Shown here: one piece after another, positions 1 to 15,528 of the stretch | Position numbering within the stretch: the first letter of the stretch is position 1 | Layout: each line of letters opens with the position of its first letter | Assembly: GCF_009914755.1 (NCBI RefSeq) | Contig: NC_060940.1 | DNA: 64,000 nt | Reading direction: 5' to 3' (one strand) | Source: the human T2T-CHM13v2.0 reference genome, Homo sapiens | The notes under the pieces: model-generated | What the model saw: the letters and a program-made list of their open reading frames with translations, nothing else | What the model was told of the DNA's origin: nothing | The model's database searches: none | Translations under genes and position numbers: made by a program

Positions 1-355
1 TTTCCATAATACTTGTGTGTAATTTTGTAGCAAGTTACATTCTAAAATAACAACAAAAGACTGAAATTATAGATGTAAGATATAGAAAAGGAAATTTTAT
101 TTGCAAAAAATGTAGCATATTTTCTCCTTAAAATTTTGGGGGAAGAATATTCTGAGAAGATGCCAGAACCATAGTTGATTAACATGGCTAATTACCTGTA
201 TAATACAAACATAATGCCATTGATAGCTGTTTATTTCATGTGTTGACTTTATGTTTTCTGCTACTAATTATTCAACATTGATTAGGTTGGTGAGAGCTTC
301 GCTGGAGACTTTTTTTTTCTGAACCTGTTCTTGTCATAATTTCATAGCTCATTAA

Positions 356-680
<325 letters not shown>

Positions 681-885
681 TCACTTTTATCTTTATATGT
701 TGAGATGATCTTATACTAAATAAGATGTGTTTGGCCACCACAGCTGTTCCTTCTGCCTAAAATGTTCTTTCCCCATGTTTGGTCTGACTAATATCATCAT
801 ATTCCTTCTTTATGTCTTAACCTCATTGTTGCGTTTTTAAAAAGGCAGAGGCAGATTTTCCATGTGTCTGAATGCATATGGCATT

Positions 886-928
886 TCCCAGCATCCATGT
901 CCCAGCATCCATGTCCCAACATCCATGT
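886..928. repeat. 14-bp tandem repeat x3 (TCCCAGCATCCATG)
   Basis: Three adjacent copies, one mismatch in the third. Confidence 0.9.
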
Positions 929-2321
929 GTGATGTGATGATGTAATCAACATTTGTCTCCCCAAGGAAACTCCTGGCTCCCTTTGGTCCTTGAGAGGGTC
1001 ACATCACTGCTCAGTGTGTACCCCATGTCTAGCATGGTGCTTTAGCTATCAAGAGCCTGCAGTCTTTACTGGCTGAATGAATGAATAAGAATTCTTTAAA
1101 ATTTAAATAGATCTAAAAATCTAAACGAAACCTCCTAAGTCACATATTCAAGATCCTTCAACTTGTGACGAAGAGTGCCTCAAACCAAATTCCTGGTGTT
1201 TCCTTAGTGCCGCAACACAGGCTGACTCCCAGGAGTCTTGCAAGTCAGACCTGAGATGCTCCTTGTGCTCCTTGGATGACAGAAGGTGCCCTTCTACTCC
1301 GGGCATGGAGGAAGAAGAATCCAGGACCTATTTTTTTTATTTTTTTAATGAAAAGTCTCAAGTCATAACAGTGTGCCAGTAAGTCAGGAAAACATTAATC
1401 TAGATCATTAGAAGTCACACAATGTCTTTTAGTCTTTCTTTTTAGAAACACCAATTATTTTGATTTGAATATAAAAACAAGGTTCTGGAACCTTGTCTTT
1501 ACCAATTCTGTCATTTCGCAAGTACTTCACCCTGTAAGTTGTTTGGTACAACTTTGAAATATCAATGAAGATATAGTGAATAGCTGAGGAATGTTCAGGA
1601 AACATTGCAGGAGAGGTTGAGAATCAATATTAAGAATATTTTGGATAAATTTTTAGAAGTGAGTGTGAAGGCAAATGCACAGCATCAAAGGAAAAAAAAA
1701 ATTCAACCAATTCAAATAAATAAAAAGACCAAAGAAAACCACCTTTAAATTCAATATCCTTTTCCCCTGTGATTCAAATGTAGATCATTTTAGTAGATAA
1801 ACATATTTTTCCCATGCTAACCTATGTAGTAAAAGATTAGCTCAGATCAACAGGCAATTTTCGTGGCTCAACATTTCCCTTTTCATGAAGTCTTTAAATG
1901 CTGTGGATTAAATTTGCATCCCAAGGTAAATTGTGAACTTGTCAAACACAAGACAAATACACCATACTCCTTGTTACCAACAGGTGGCTTGCTGCTCACA
2001 CAGACACAGATTGTGTTGCTCAGCTCTGCAGCAGGGCAAAGGATCAAGAGAGCCACAAACCTCCCAAACATCATGTTTGATCTTTAAAAAGTCTTCAAGT
2101 TCCCCTCAGCCTTGAGCAAGTCACATGCAGCTTTTAACCCCGTTTCTAGTCATTAAGTACGGAAGTATGCATGTATACGTCCTCTCCCTGCCGCTTCAGG
2201 TAGGAAACAGCCATTTAAGAAATGCTCATTGCCTCTTTATTGTAGGCAAAATGTGACACGGTATTTGTGATTTTGGGCTAAGTGTTCTCTCTGGTTATAA
2301 TAGGGGAGGAGCTGCTTCTTC

Positions 2322-3050
2322 TTTTTTTTTTTATTATACTTTAAGTTTTAGGGTACAGGAGCACAACGTGCAGGTTTGTTACATATGTATACATGTGCCA
2401 TGTTGGTGTGCTGCACCCATTAACTCGTCATTTACATTAGGTATATCTCCTAATCCTATCCCTCCCCCCTCTCCCCACCCCACGACAGGCCCCGGTGTGT
2501 GATGTTCCCCACCATGTGTCCAAGTGTTCTCATTGTTCAATTCCCACCTATGAGTGAGAACATGCGGTGTTTGGTTTTTTGTCCTTGTGGTAGTTTGCTG
2601 AGAATGATGGTTTCCAGCTTCATCCATGTCCCTACAAAGGACATGAACTCATCATTTTTTATGGCTGCATAGTATTCCATGGTGTATATGTGCCACATTT
2701 TCTTAATCCTGTCCATCATTTTGGGCATTTGGGTTGGTTCCAAGTCTTTGCTATTGTGAGTAGTGCCACAATAAACATACATGTGCATGTGTCTTTATAG
2801 CAGCATGATTTATAGCCACAATGAGATACCATCTCACACCAGTTAGAATGGCGATCATTCAAAAGTCGGGAAAAAACAGGTGCTGGAGAGGATGTGGAGA
2901 AACAGGAACACTTTTACACTGTTGGTGGGACTGTAAACTAGTTCAACCATTGTGGAAGTCAGTGTGGCGATTCCTCAGGGATCTAGAACTAGAAATACCA
3001 TTTGACCCAGCCATCCCATTACTGGGTATATACCCAAAGGATTATAAATC
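2322..3050 (-). mobile_element. Young L1PA (about L1PA3-5) 3' end, 5'-truncated with 5' inversion (2322-2814 minus, about 2816-3050 plus)
   Basis: Reverse L1PA 3'UTR (TTATTATACTTTAAGTTTTAGGGTACA...), then forward ORF2 C-terminal sequence ([13 protein letters not shown]...). TSD GGAGGAGCT(GCT)TCTT at 2305-2320 and 3052-3064. Confidence 0.95.
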
Positions 3051-4409
3051 AGGAGGAGCTTCTTGATGCTCTTAAGCAGTTTGTCCTTTCATTTCAGAGA
3101 ATTGGAGTTCCTTTTGTATTTACCCTGCCAAAGTGAGCAAAGGATGAATAACTACTACTAATAATAGCAGTAGTAATAGCTCTCTGTACATTTCCATTCT
3201 TGGATCTTGAGTAATATTAATGATGCACTTTGTGATGAAAATGGATTTTCCATTTCCCCTACTGTGTACAGCAGAGAAGAGTTCCCAGTTAGAACCAAGA
3301 TGATGGAGACCATGTTCTTCAGAGAGGGAAAAATGTGCATCCGATATTTTAGGAAACTGGTCCTGGAATAAAGCTGGTTTTGAAGCCCCAGGAATCCTTA
3401 TGTTTGGTATATTTAGGTAACAGCCTGACATTCACCCTGCACCACCTATGTCCACCAACTTTCTGTGTATAGCGAACTGTCTTTAATGTGATGTCATAGA
3501 GGGCAGATCAGCTCCATATAAAAACAAAGGTCAAAACTTCCTTCATCTAGAAAAGTTTCTCAAACTCAATGGCTCTACTCTCTTCTAACATAATGTACTA
3601 AATACGCACATTTATTAGTAATTTTGCCTCATGAAGCTTTTATAAAAAACATATTCATTGCCAAAGAAAAACGATTTTGAGACCAAAAACACTTTGAGAA
3701 GCATAAGTTTCTCCTTCTGCCCTATTTTGTAAAGAGTTTTCGTCCTTTATGTTCTCCATTAATATTCTACATTACGGTACACAAACATTAGTGTGGATCA
3801 GAATTTCTAAGTTAATATACATTTTAAAGCCATTATAAAAAGCACAGACTGTGTGGTTGCTCTTTTTATGAGAATGGAGATTGAAGGCAGCTGTTTTCAA
3901 AAGCACTAATGTACTTCAAACAATGATGTAATATCTAATGTACATAACCTTTTAAAACCTGGTAATATAGAAGACATTTAGATTTACTATGGAAATATAT
4001 CTCAATTTTATTTCCTGCAAAAAAAGGGAATACAGGGAGGCATACGGAGTTATGTTTTTCCATTTGCTGTCTAAATGGCTTGGCCCATAAATATACTTAC
4101 CCACTACCCAGTATACAGATGAATTTTGCAATCGCCCTCTCAGTATAACAAAAATATAAGAAAATATTCAAGATCATTAAGATCATAAATAATGTCCCTT
4201 TGGACTAACCAAATTGAGGATAAATATTCTGTTTGAGTGGGGAGGACTAATTAAACTGTGTATTTTGCTCTCACAGCCATCCCTTCTATACGTATTAATT
4301 GAGCTTCTATTTTAAAGAAGTCTGTGGAAAACAAAGTAGAGTAAGGCACAGTTTATTATCTTAGAACCTTTCATGTAAAGAGGAAGAACTCAAGCATGTC
4401 GATAAAAGA

Positions 4410-4884
4410 TATGTTCATTTCCTGCTGATGTTGTAAAAAATTACCACAAACTTAATGGCTTAAAGCAGTACAAGTTTATTGTCTTAAAGTTTTGGAAATC
4501 AGAAATACATTATAAATGGATCGGCAGGTCTGGAGGCAGGTTCCTTCTGGAGGCTCTAAAGATCTATTCATTTCCTTGCCACTTCTACCTTCTACAATTT
4601 ACCTCCATTCCTTGGCTCATGGTCTCTTTCTCTGTCTTCAAAATCAGCAGCATACCATCTTTTATCTCTGTTTCTGTTGTCACATCTCATTCCCTGACTC
4701 TTACCCTCCTGCCTCCCTCTTCTACTGACCCCTGTGATTACACTGGGCCCATCCAGGTCAGCCAGTATTATCCCCTCATCTCACCATCTTTAACTTAATC
4801 ACATCTGGAGAGTCCCTTTTGCCATGTGAGTAATGTGACACGTGGAATACTTTTGGCGGGGGAAGGAGTATTCTGCCTAGGACA
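4410..4884 (-). mobile_element. MLT1 (C/D-like) MaLR solo LTR
   Basis: ATTACCACAAACTTAATGGCTTAAA and CTTAACTTAATCACATCTG...CCCTTTGCCATG match reverse MLT1 motifs. Confidence 0.8.
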
Positions 4885-6798
4885 TGAGATAGGCTGTCCA
4901 CCAGTGCTAGAGCACAGACAGAAATGGATATAGAAATATCTGAAGGTGGAAGATGGATTGGAACAGAGGGCTGAGAGAAGCTAGAGCTGAGAGAGGGGGT
5001 ACCCTGGAACATTTAGCACTCTTTGAATGTTTGGGGCTTGCTAGGGTCATGTGAAGAGAAGTCTGTAGACAACAGACATCACTAATGCCTCCATTATACT
5101 TCCCTCAAACTATACTACCCAAAGCAAGGAGATGAAAGATTCAGGTCATGTCTAAGACACAGTGTGTTTGTGAAGATGTTGAACAGGAGACTGAGTTCAT
5201 CAGATCCCTCTTTTGGGAAGACAACGTTGGCAGTAATACAGTTAGGTGATATGTACTCATCCTGATGGGGTACATGAGATGACACACCATCAACTGGGAT
5301 TGAAAAAAGAAAATTTTTAATTTTTACTTTTACTCATTGTTATGTTCATTTCAATTTAAAATCATGTTTGCTTTATAAGGTGCAAAATTTTAAGTATAGA
5401 AAAACATGAATAACATATTTATACATATTATATTATACATATTTATATATAAACATTATACAGAATAACATACATACACAGTACATGTATTTTTTTTAAC
5501 TTCACCTTATGTCTGAATGCCTTCACCCGAACAATAACAATAGCAATGCATTGCCCTTTGAGGTTAGGCATGGCTAGTTCAGGATATGCCTCAGACTGGG
5601 GAGAAAGGTTCAATTAGAAACTGTAACAGAAGTTAGAAATCTGATTATTTTATATCTTGTACAACTTTATACATGTAAAAGCTATAGAATTCTGTGAATA
5701 ATTATATGTTATTCTTTGGACTATGTGTCTGTGGGATGTGGAATCTTGAAACCTTAATGAATGATGGTATAAGTTGAATTAAAACACAGAATACGGAATA
5801 AAAAGAAATCAAAGGAGAAAATAATGAATCATAAAATAAGGATCTCAAAGAGTAAATGTGCCATATATTCTCCTTAATCTGCTAACCATAGAGTTTTGGA
5901 TCATAAAAGGATAATTTAGCTCTGTGGTTTTGCAGCCTAAGTTCCTTTAATCAAGAGATGGAGGTAGTTGAAGAATTGTAATTCTTAGGGCCTGGTACAC
6001 TTACCATATTTTGATATTTACTTAATCAATGACTGATAATCACCCACCAGTGTTTCCTTATTTGTAAAATAATGGCTTATACTATTTCTCCTCTCATATT
6101 GTTATTTCTAGAAACCAGTGAGTCAATAATTATGCATAACATTTTGTTAGTACTCAATAAATATTAGTTATTTAAAAAATAATTTCCAAAAATGTTTAAA
6201 AATAACTCTCACACAAAAATAGAGTAAGCACATGCCAAAGATTTATTTATTCTATTAATGAGGGAGAAAGCAAAATGTTAAAGGTCGCTAAAAAGAATTC
6301 AAGAGATGGAGCATATACACAAACAGAAATAAAGAGCGTTGTCAAAGATTGCTAAATAGTAGGACAAAACTGGTCAGTGTCCCATAACACAATACAATCT
6401 TTTGTTTTGGGGGCTACTAAACAGAAATCACTGGAAGTTCTAACAGATAAAAATCTACAAGTTAACATGAAATTCCATGGAGTCTGGACCCAAATAAATA
6501 ATAAATAAAGTGTAAAACAGGAGTACAGTCTCCTTTATAATTCATAATTGTTGCTTTGTGACCTGTTATTGTTTCAGTATGACAATAAAATGACACGAAG
6601 TCATCTTTTTGCCTTATTTCCAAGTTTTAAATAATAGTATTATCATGTTCACTATGCATTGAGAAAACTGACCTTTAGAAAAGATATGCAACTTATTTTA
6701 GGTAAAATGGTTTATAAATGGTGGTTCCAGGATTTCAATATAGGGGAACTTGTATGTCAGTCATTATTAATAGTAGTTGCTGCTGCCATATATTGGGT

Positions 6799-6872
6799 CT
6801 TTCTTTCCTTTTTCCTTCCTTCCTTCCTTCCTTCCTTCCTTCCTTCCTTCCTTCCTTCTCTCTGTCTCTGTT

Positions 6873-6944
<72 letters not shown>

Positions 6945-6954
6945 TCCTTTCTTT
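6799..6954. repeat. Compound (CCTT)n/(CT)n/(CTTT)n polypyrimidine microsatellite
   Basis: Seen directly in the sequence. Confidence 0.97.
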
Positions 6955-7214
6955 CACAGAGTCTCACTGTTGCCCAGGTTGCAGTGCAGTGGTCTGATCT
7001 TGGTCCACGTTGAAGCAATTCTCCTGCCTCAGTCTCCCGAATAGCTGGCACTACAGGTATCCGCCCCCATGCCCAGCTAATTTTTGTATTTTTAGTAGAG
7101 ATGGGATTTCACCCTGTTGGCTAAGCTAGTCTTGAATTCCTGGCCTCAATTGATTCACCTGCCTTGGTCTCCCAAAGTGCTGGAATTAACAGGCATGAGC
7201 TACCATGCCCGGCC
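6802..7214 (-). mobile_element. AluS-type SINE whose tail is a compound microsatellite, with a ~20-bp internal deletion
   Basis: Reverse Alu body 6955-7214. TSD TGGGTCTT at 6794-6801 and 7215-7222 encloses the microsatellite. Confidence 0.9.
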
Positions 7215-7949
7215 TGGGTCTTAATATATTGTCGATTCACCTAAATGTTGTATGTGTATTAACTTATTTAATTCTCACAGGAAACTGAGATAAGTTCTGG
7301 TACTATCCCCATTTACTGAGAGAAAACTACTGTTTGTCAGCTATATGCGTTAATTAGAATGAAAGAAAGTTAAAACCACTGGAAGTATATATATTGTACT
7401 CAGAGATATCAATGTTCATCCGTCTATGCCACTTGATCAGAAAAGCCTGGACCTTGGATTGAAACATAATACTATTATCATAGCTAATTAAATTTACTTT
7501 GTCCTGCCAATCACCATGGTGAAGAGACTGGAGAGAATATATAGACTATTTATTTTTTGAGAGTCTTGGCTTAGTGATTCATATTTTCTCCCTTGACTTC
7601 CTTCTCTCTTTTTTTTTGAATTCCATTTACTGATTCACGTCATACCAACTTGATTCATGTCTAAGACTTAAAATCATTTCAGAATCTCCACCTTCTCCAC
7701 CTAATAAGTATACTCAGTTATTGGCTATATTCTAGAGTTGTACTTCTTCAGAGTACTAAAAGCTTAAAATTAATAGTAGCATTTCTTTAACTCAACCTTA
7801 TTCAATCTATTCCTTTCCAAGACATTCTCTGCATCAGTTATCTCTAATCTCAACTAAGATAGGACAGGGGATGCTGGTGGTGATATGATTCTTAGTATCA
7901 GGTTTGAGGTATTTAGAAAAAATTGAACAGTCGAAGGTGCGTGTACCAT

Positions 7950-8009
7950 CTACCTACCTACCTACCTACCTGCCTACCTACCTACCAGCCTACCTACCTA
8001 CCTATCTAC
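7950..8009. repeat. (CTAC)n tetranucleotide microsatellite, imperfect
   Basis: Seen directly in the sequence. Confidence 0.92.
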
Positions 8010-9673
8010 TTGTTTCATTATAAATTATGCACAAATTCTATTGCCCTAAATATTGTGCATATTATAAAATAACAATATATTTGAAATTATAAAGTTAAAA
8101 TAAACCAACTCTAGTTGATTTTCTTACGCTCTAACTAACCACCTCTGACCAGGGTGTACATATTTCATTTAGGAAACTAAAACTAAACAGCTGTCAGTGT
8201 TATCTTTCCAAAAGAGATATCAATGGTGCCATTCTCCTGCTCAGAAATTTTAAACACATCCCATGAACCAAAGTCTCCTGCACTTTATTCTTTCTTACTT
8301 TTTATAATAAGGTTCTCTCTACTTGAAAAGCCCTTTTTCTTGCCTGTTTCTCCATAGCCATCTATCAACACTAATTAAACACTCCCAAGGTAACACCTAT
8401 TCCTTTATTGCGCTTTCCTATCCTGTTCTAATCAATTTCTCTCTTCCCTATTTCTATAGTAATTACTGCCTTTGTTATGATAATATGACAGTTTACACTG
8501 CAGTAGAAATAGCACCGTCTTTATCTCTCCAAGAGAACTCCAAGAAAACAGTAGACCATGGCTGAGTCTTCTCTGTTTTCTTAGTAGGACTTTGCAAATA
8601 GTGGATGCTTAATAATGGGATATCAAATAAATACCTTCTTTGAGAACAAAAGAGACAGGCTTGAATTAGCTCCTACTTGAGCAAATATTTTTTCATTCAC
8701 TTCAGATTAAATCTCAGAGATTACCTTTTATGTTTATTTGATGATTCTGATAGGTTTGTTATATTTTGCTGGACTGTGATAGTGGTTTGCAGAGCGATTT
8801 ACACTATTGCTTACAGATGTGTTTCTATAAATGGGTCAAGATATTATTGAGATAAAAGTTTACACAAGTCTCAATTATTTTCTCCAGGAAATATAATGGA
8901 AACACGCTGCATCTAAATTCTCTCTCTATTGCTGTATTTGAAAATATTATGTTTTAAGCACTTTAGTAATTTTTAAAGAGCTTTCTTCTATTTCCACTTG
9001 CATAAAAAGAGTAACCACAACCTTTTTGCTTTTTCTAATGGTTTTAAAGTTTAACTTAGACATTCTCATACACCATCATGTTTTCACTTAATGATAAATA
9101 TTTAATGTTAATGGAAAATAGACATATATTTTGAACATAAACGTGGGAGAAATCTTTAAAAACCAGGGAAAGGAAAAAATTTAAGTTTCTAAAAGTATTT
9201 TATTTCTCAAAATGCTTTCCTATTGCCAGTGAATCTGCTTTTAAAACTCTTTACCATACAAAATTACTAATGGATATGTGTTCAGCACAGGAAGTGAGAA
9301 CTAGAGTAAGCACCTACTTTTGATAAACACCTTTTCAGTTTTAGAGAACAGCTTTCAGTTCCCTTGCATCTAGAGCTGATCTGCTACCTTGAAAATTCCC
9401 ATGTGGAATTTCCCTACTGTACAGAGTTTTGGCCAACATAGAAGACATGGGTTGTCCATTGGATAGTTACTTAAATATATTAAAAGCTAAAGACTCTTAT
9501 GATATCAAACTTTCCCCTGGCAGGAGTTCCCCAAAAGACTGGACACACATCTGTTCTTTGAAGAAGAGAATCTGATGGGTCTTTTGTAACCGAAAAATGA
9601 TGAGAGAGCCTAGACCTTACTAGGCTTTAAGTACACTTAGTTATTGACTTTATTCTATAGTTGTACTTCTTCA

Positions 9674-10003
<330 letters not shown>

Positions 10004-10260
10004 GGCTTAAAATTAATAGTAGCATGCTTACTTAACAGAGGACATTATCAGACACCACTCAAGGTACTAGAATAGAAATAACCTGGGAATTTTTTGTTTG
10101 TTATTCATCATTTCACTATTTTGGGGAGAAAAATAGTCCACTTGAAATGATAGTTTGAGCTGGCCAAGAGCAAGACATAGTGTCACAATCAGAGAGAAAA
10201 TAAGCGCTGAGATTCCTCAATCCTGCATTGGATCTGCCGGCATCAAAAAAGTCATGAGCA

Positions 10261-10420
10261 TTTTCTTTTAATTTAATTCAATTCAATTTTATTTTAAGTT
10301 CCAGGATACATGTGCAGGACACGCAGGTTTGTTACATAAGTAAACGTATGCCATGGTGGTTTGCTGCACCTGTCAACCTGTCACCTAGGTGTTAAGCCCC
10401 GCATGCATTAGCTATTTATC
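10261..10420 (-). mobile_element. L1PA (about PA8-10) short 3' terminal fragment
   Basis: TTTTATTTTAAGTTCCAGGATACATGTGCAGG...CATGCATTAGCTATTTATC is reverse L1PA 3'UTR. Confidence 0.85.
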
Positions 10421-11553
10421 ATTATCATCAGTGCCTGTGCCTCACCTGGCTTACCAAGAAAAGGATACGTGCATGTGAATTTGTGAACTTTATGACTAGA
10501 AATGGGGCCATATTCTGCTTGTGGGTACTGATACTAAAATAATTTGGGGTGATTAAATGCCTGATATTAGGGAGCATTGAGAGCCTTTCTTGGTCCTTCA
10601 CCCTTGTGCAGAGCTGAGCATTGTTAATCCAAAGTCCACTGAAGGACTGAGGACTGAACTGCTACCTCTTCTTTACCTACTCCCTGGTATCAGGAGCTGA
10701 TTTTATGAACTTCACAGCGCATTTATTTTGGGCCTGACAAATTTATAGAGTGCCTTGGGATGTAAATTTAATTGCCTATCATCTCAAGCTTTGTCATTAG
10801 AAAGGTCACCAGAGAAATATACATACAGAAATTCTGAAGTATGAACATTGTGAATCTGAGCTTTTCATTTAACTGAGATTTTATTTTAAGGCCCAATTTT
10901 GCTGTGCTATGCCAAAGGCCATTGTAAAACTTGATGGAGAAATCATTTTCTTCCAAAAATGTTATAACATTTAATTGTAATTCTAATTATATTCAATTTA
11001 ATGGCAATTTTAAGGTATATTTTGAATGGAGGCTGAGAGTCCTTTTTGCTTTACTCCTTGGCAACAGAGGGATTGTGAAACTACCTAAGTTGAATGGCAT
11101 TTGCAATTATGTACTGACCACTTGCTATGCATGGGACACTAAATTCACTGCCCTGGTTGATGTGAAAAAATGCTTAAATATATGCACTTTAAAGAGTCCC
11201 TGCATTTCATATCATAGGAAGGAAAGGTATATAATTGGTAATGTGGTTTTCCTGGACCTCTTACTTATTTATATTGATATGTTATTTCTATTTAATCTGT
11301 AGATGGCATTTTCCTTTGTAATTAATTCCTAAAATTTGTGTAAAAGTGTGGTCTATATTTATTCTGCCTCTTTTCTGCTATAATTGCTCTACTAACATTC
11401 CTCAATAATTCTTCTTTTCATAGGTAACTATATAGAAATAAAAGTAAATATTATTTTTCTATCTTCAAAGAAAAATCAACATATCCACCTCAGCTTATGT
11501 TCACTCATTCACATACTCACGTTTTCATTGTTCAATAAATATTGAATCCTTCT

Positions 11554-11556
<3 letters not shown>

Positions 11557-11589
<33 letters not shown>
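11557..11589. repeat. (AT)n microsatellite
   Basis: Seen directly in the sequence. Confidence 0.97.
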
Positions 11590-11594
<5 letters not shown>

Positions 11595-11775
11595 TACTGA
11601 GTGCAAGGAAGAATTAAAATAAGATATGTGGCAAATACCTGCTTTTAAAGAATGCCCAAGGAATGCAGACACTCTAAGATTTGATGAAACATCTAACAAG
11701 TACAGAAAATAAAGGTAAATAGTTTTTTGTTTTTTTAAGGATGAGGCAAATTTTGGAAGAGTTTCCCATAAGCTA

Positions 11776-12416
<641 letters not shown>

Positions 12417-12754
12417 TCAGTAAATTAAATAACTTGCAAGAAAATAGGAACAATGCTAGGCAAGGCAGAATTAGAAATAAAGTGGGCAACAGAGAAGTAG
12501 GAGCAAAGAAGAGTGTTGGTGTGAAAAGGAGAAGTTATTCAAATGGAAAAAGAAGATTGGAGTGTATTTTGCAAGACTTTGATTCCTAGCTCTTTCAATC
12601 ATATGGGAAAACAACATTTCTAAAGAATGATGATAAAAGATATCCCATTTCTTATTGTAACAAAACCAACAGAAGTTCTTGGTAGTTCTGTAACGGATTA
12701 ATAACCACAAGTTAAATTTTGAGAAATCACATGTTTTCTCAAATAGGTTACTAA

Positions 12755-13312
<558 letters not shown>

Positions 13313-13963
13313 TAAAAATGGAACTGAAACATTTTAATCTGGCACACTGTCTTTTCCTTTTTATTAAAAAAGTTGAAAAGTAATGCTTGCTGTGAAAAAT
13401 TCCAGCAAAATTTGTATTAATGGACCCTGGATTTCTTCTGGCTTATTTTACTTTCTCCTGAATATCCTGTGGGGATTGTATCATCAGGCAAATACTAGAA
13501 ATACATAAACATATACATTTTGCTTACAGTCCTCCAAGTCAGATATCATCTACTAGTGGGCAGCTCAATTCTCCAATGTGTTTGCATCCATCTGGTGCTT
13601 TTTACGTTTCTCTGATGTATTTACTCACTGCCATAATTTAGGTGTCAGCATCTGTCTTGAATTATCCACTTTTATCATTCAAATTATTAGGCTGTACGTT
13701 AAATGAGCTTCTATTTACATGCAACAGTGATTTGCTTCTACTTTTAAATCCCTTTGGGACTTCAGAGATATATTCTAGAAACTGGTTGTAGACTATGATC
13801 CAAATTACTGTTTATGTGTTTCTACTAAAGACAAATGTCATTGCTTAATATTTCTAAGACCAAGTAGTTACATACCAAGATGATCAGTTATAAACCAACC
13901 AGAGGAATGCAAACAAGCCAATGGTGAGAAATCAATTAACTAAGATGTTATTAATGTCCTTCA

Positions 13964-14343
<380 letters not shown>

Positions 14344-15232
14344 CTACATGTTGAGGAAGTGAGAATGGTTAATGAAGCCCACCCTTTCTTAGTGACTGGC
14401 AGTTAAATAAGGCAAGAAATGGGAGAATAAATGTAGTAGACATTGGATCAACTGAACATCTACCTGACTTTTCAAGAAAGGGAGATTTGTTGACCTATGA
14501 AGATGAGAGAAACGGCCAGGAAGGTATCCTCAAAGCATGTAGACAGATATGTAATTATTATAGAGAAATCTCATGGAATGATGGAAGGTGGTATGGGTTC
14601 AGTGATGTGGGGTAGGAAGGAAAGAAAGGTTATTGAAAGAGTGAAGGTTGATACAGGGAGAGAAAAGATCATAGTTTATGGCTCTGCCTTTTCAAGTAAA
14701 AGAATCAAGTCTTCTTCAGGGCTTCAGGTTATAGACTAACATAAAAAAGAGGATATGAAGTAGTTACTTTAGGGTACACTAAATAATATAAAATATGCTA
14801 ATAAAGAGTTACAAGAGAAATAAAGTTTCAGGAAAGTTAGAGCATATGTTTTTAATAATACCATTCTCTATAATTTTTTTATTACGATAAAAGACATATA
14901 ATATGAGATCTACCCACTTAAATTTTAAGTCTTTGAGCTAAGTACTGTATTGTTAATGAGAAGCAGAATGTGACATAGAAGATTTCTACAACTTTTTCAT
15001 CATGACCGCAAGCATATTTCTCCTTTCCCTCACTCCCTGGAACCAATATTCTACTTGCTTTTTCTATGAGCTTGACTATTTTAGATACCTCATGTAAGTG
15101 GAATCATGCAGTTTTTACCTTCCTGTCACTGATTTATTTCACTTAGCCTAATATCTGCCAGATTCATCCATGTTGAAGCATATGACAATATTATCTTCTT
15201 TTTTTATGCCTGGATAATGTTCCATTGTGTTA

Positions 15233-15528
15233 CAGCTGGTTCTCTGTATCCGTGGTTTCCACATTCATGGATTTAACCAAACTTGGGTCAAAAATATTCA
15301 GGAAAAAGTTGTGTATAGTGACTTTCTTTCTTGTCATTATTCCCTAAACAATTCAGTAGAACAACTATTTACATAGCATTTACATTGCATTAGTAGGTTT
15401 CATAATCTAGAGATGATTTAAAGTACATGGGAGGATGTGCATACATTATATGCAAATACTGCACCATTTTACAACAGGGACTTAAACATTCTCAGATTTT
15501 GGTATCTTTGAATACTGAGGGATAACCA
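15233..15528 (-). mobile_element. MER2-like Tigger DNA transposon fossil
   Basis: CAGCTGGTTCTCTGTATCCGTGG...GATTTTGGTATC...ATACTGAGGGATAACCA termini, flanked by TA dinucleotides. Confidence 0.8.

Noticed and set aside
886-928. Short direct repeats as a CRISPR-like array
   Set aside because: The copies are adjacent with no spacers, there are no cas genes, and the context is primate genomic DNA.
1285-1302. Possible CTCF site (GGTGCCCTTCTACTCCGG)
   Set aside because: Spacing is one base off the core CTCF consensus, so it is not supportable without a PWM scan or ChIP data.
6659-7051. Low-complexity FLSF/KERK ORFs
   Set aside because: They are translations of the (CCTT)n/(CTTT)n microsatellite.
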